Shown in pieces: positions 23,382 through 24,000 of a stretch of 24,000 nt of DNA. Under the pieces are notes generated by a model that was not told the origin of the DNA, ran no database searches, and worked only from the letters and a program-made list of their open reading frames with translations. The position numbers were made by a program, and so were the translations under genes. The DNA comes from Reyranella sp. (GTDB lineage: Bacteria; Pseudomonadota; Alphaproteobacteria; Reyranellales; Reyranellaceae). Where the stretch lies: NCBI GenBank assembly GCA_022844015.1, contig JALHMO010000055.1, positions 8,305 to 32,304 on the forward strand. The letters run 5' to 3'. Position 1 is the first letter of the stretch. Each line of letters starts with the position of its first letter.

Positions 23382-23459
23382 GTGAACTAGTTGAGAAGGC
23401 TCCGATTTCTCGGCGCACGGCACGGTCCTTGCTTCCCTTCGGTCGCGAAAGGGAGATTC

Positions 23460-24000
23460 ATGTCCAAGACCCGAGCCGTCACCGTCAATCGTCGCACATT
23501 GCTCGCCGCTGCCGGGGCGGCGACCGCAGCCCTCGCCGCGCCGCGCATCCTCCGCGCCCAGGGCAAGGAGGTCGTGGTCGGTGGTGCGGCCAGCCACAAG
23601 AACTTCGTCGAGACGGTGATCGCTCCGGTCGTCGAGAAGAAGCTCGGCTGCAAGGTCGTGTTCGAAGGCACCCGCTCGCTGGTCAACCTCGAGAAGATGC
23701 AGAAGAACAAGGACAAGCAGTATCTCTCGGTCGTCATGATGGACGATCCGGTGATGATCCCGGCCGTCGCCGAGGGCCTGCTCGAGAAGCTGACGGCCGC
23801 CAAGGTGCCGAACCTCGCAATGCTGAAGCCCGGCACCGTCCACATGGACGGGATGTGGTGCAACTACCTGCAGCCCTGGCTCGGCATCGCCTACAACCCG
23901 AAGGCGCTCAAGGCGGCGCCGACCTCGTGGGCCGACATCTACGATCCCAAGTACAAGGGTCGCATCATCCTGCCCTCGCTGCAGAACACCGAAGGCCTCG
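23460..24000 (+). CDS. ABC-transporter periplasmic substrate-binding protein (PotD/PotF-like family 1) with twin-arginine signal; 3' end outside window
   Basis: This ORF is absent from the supplied ORF track because it runs off the window. My own translation starts at ATG 23460, which is preceded by GGGAG at 23451-23455. It reads MSKTRAVTVNRRTLLAAAGAATAALAAPRILRAQGKEVVVGG...LSVVMMDDPVM...WCNYLQPWLGIAYNPKAL..APTSWADIYDPKYKGRI. It has a Tat-type RR motif plus an A-x-A-like cleavage region and polyamine/iron-type SBP motifs. Confidence 0.8.
   Translation, partial: MSKTRAVTVNRRTLLAAAGAATAALAAPRILRAQGKEVVVGGAASHKNFVETVIAPVVEKKLGCKVVFEGTRSLVNLEKMQKNKDKQYLSVVMMDDPVMIPAVAEGLLEKLTAAKVPNLAMLKPGTVHMDGMWCNYLQPWLGIAYNPKALKAAPTSWADIYDPKYKGRIILPSLQNTEGL

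Noticed and set aside
23208-23863. Two minus-strand ORFs (211 aa and 158 aa) listed in the track at the right end of the window.
   Set aside because: The + strand frame from ATG 23460 encodes a convincing Tat-signal ABC substrate-binding protein that the track omits because it has no in-window stop. The minus-strand ORFs are its shadows.
1-24000. A scan for CRISPR arrays, tRNA/rRNA genes, transposases, integrases and tandem repeats.
   Set aside because: I found no regularly spaced direct repeats, no cloverleaf-compatible GC-rich 75-90 nt segments in the few intergenic gaps, and no ORF with DDE or tyrosine/serine recombinase signatures.

Overview
This is a GC-rich chromosomal segment. Gene content and synteny suggest an alphaproteobacterium: TrmFO, yajC-secD-secF followed by an Mth938/DUF498 gene, and a phytoene-synthase-like NDUFAF6 homologue. 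This taxonomic call is an inference. Most of the window is ordinary housekeeping or accessory metabolism. Genes in order: a beta-lactamase-family fragment, a GpdQ-like phosphodiesterase plus nadE, RidA, trmFO, a lone ACP, a MATE exporter, cobF, a five-gene minus-strand oxygenase/hydrolase cluster (7446-13109), a LysE exporter, yajC-secDF, a DUF815 ATPase, a PNPOx-family protein and a Tat-signal ABC binding protein. The stand-out region is a visibly lower-GC three-gene islet at about 13140-15800. It holds a DNA (cytosine-5) methyltransferase, a tightly coupled Vsr very-short-patch repair endonuclease, and a convergent, 3'-overlapping 282-aa protein I cannot assign to any family. That protein carries a D...E-x-K arrangement compatible with a PD-(D/E)xK nuclease. 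I read the islet as a type II restriction-modification/Vsr module whose nuclease may be novel. It has no visible mobility gene. Other points: a near-consensus promoter with two 9-N3-9 palindromic boxes upstream of nadE; two long structured palindromic elements (10724-10842 and 23266-23381); an enlarged periplasmic domain in SecF; and ATGA/GTGA translational-coupling overlaps. No rRNA, tRNA, CRISPR array, transposase or integrase was seen. All similarity statements come from reading the translations by eye; no database search was run.
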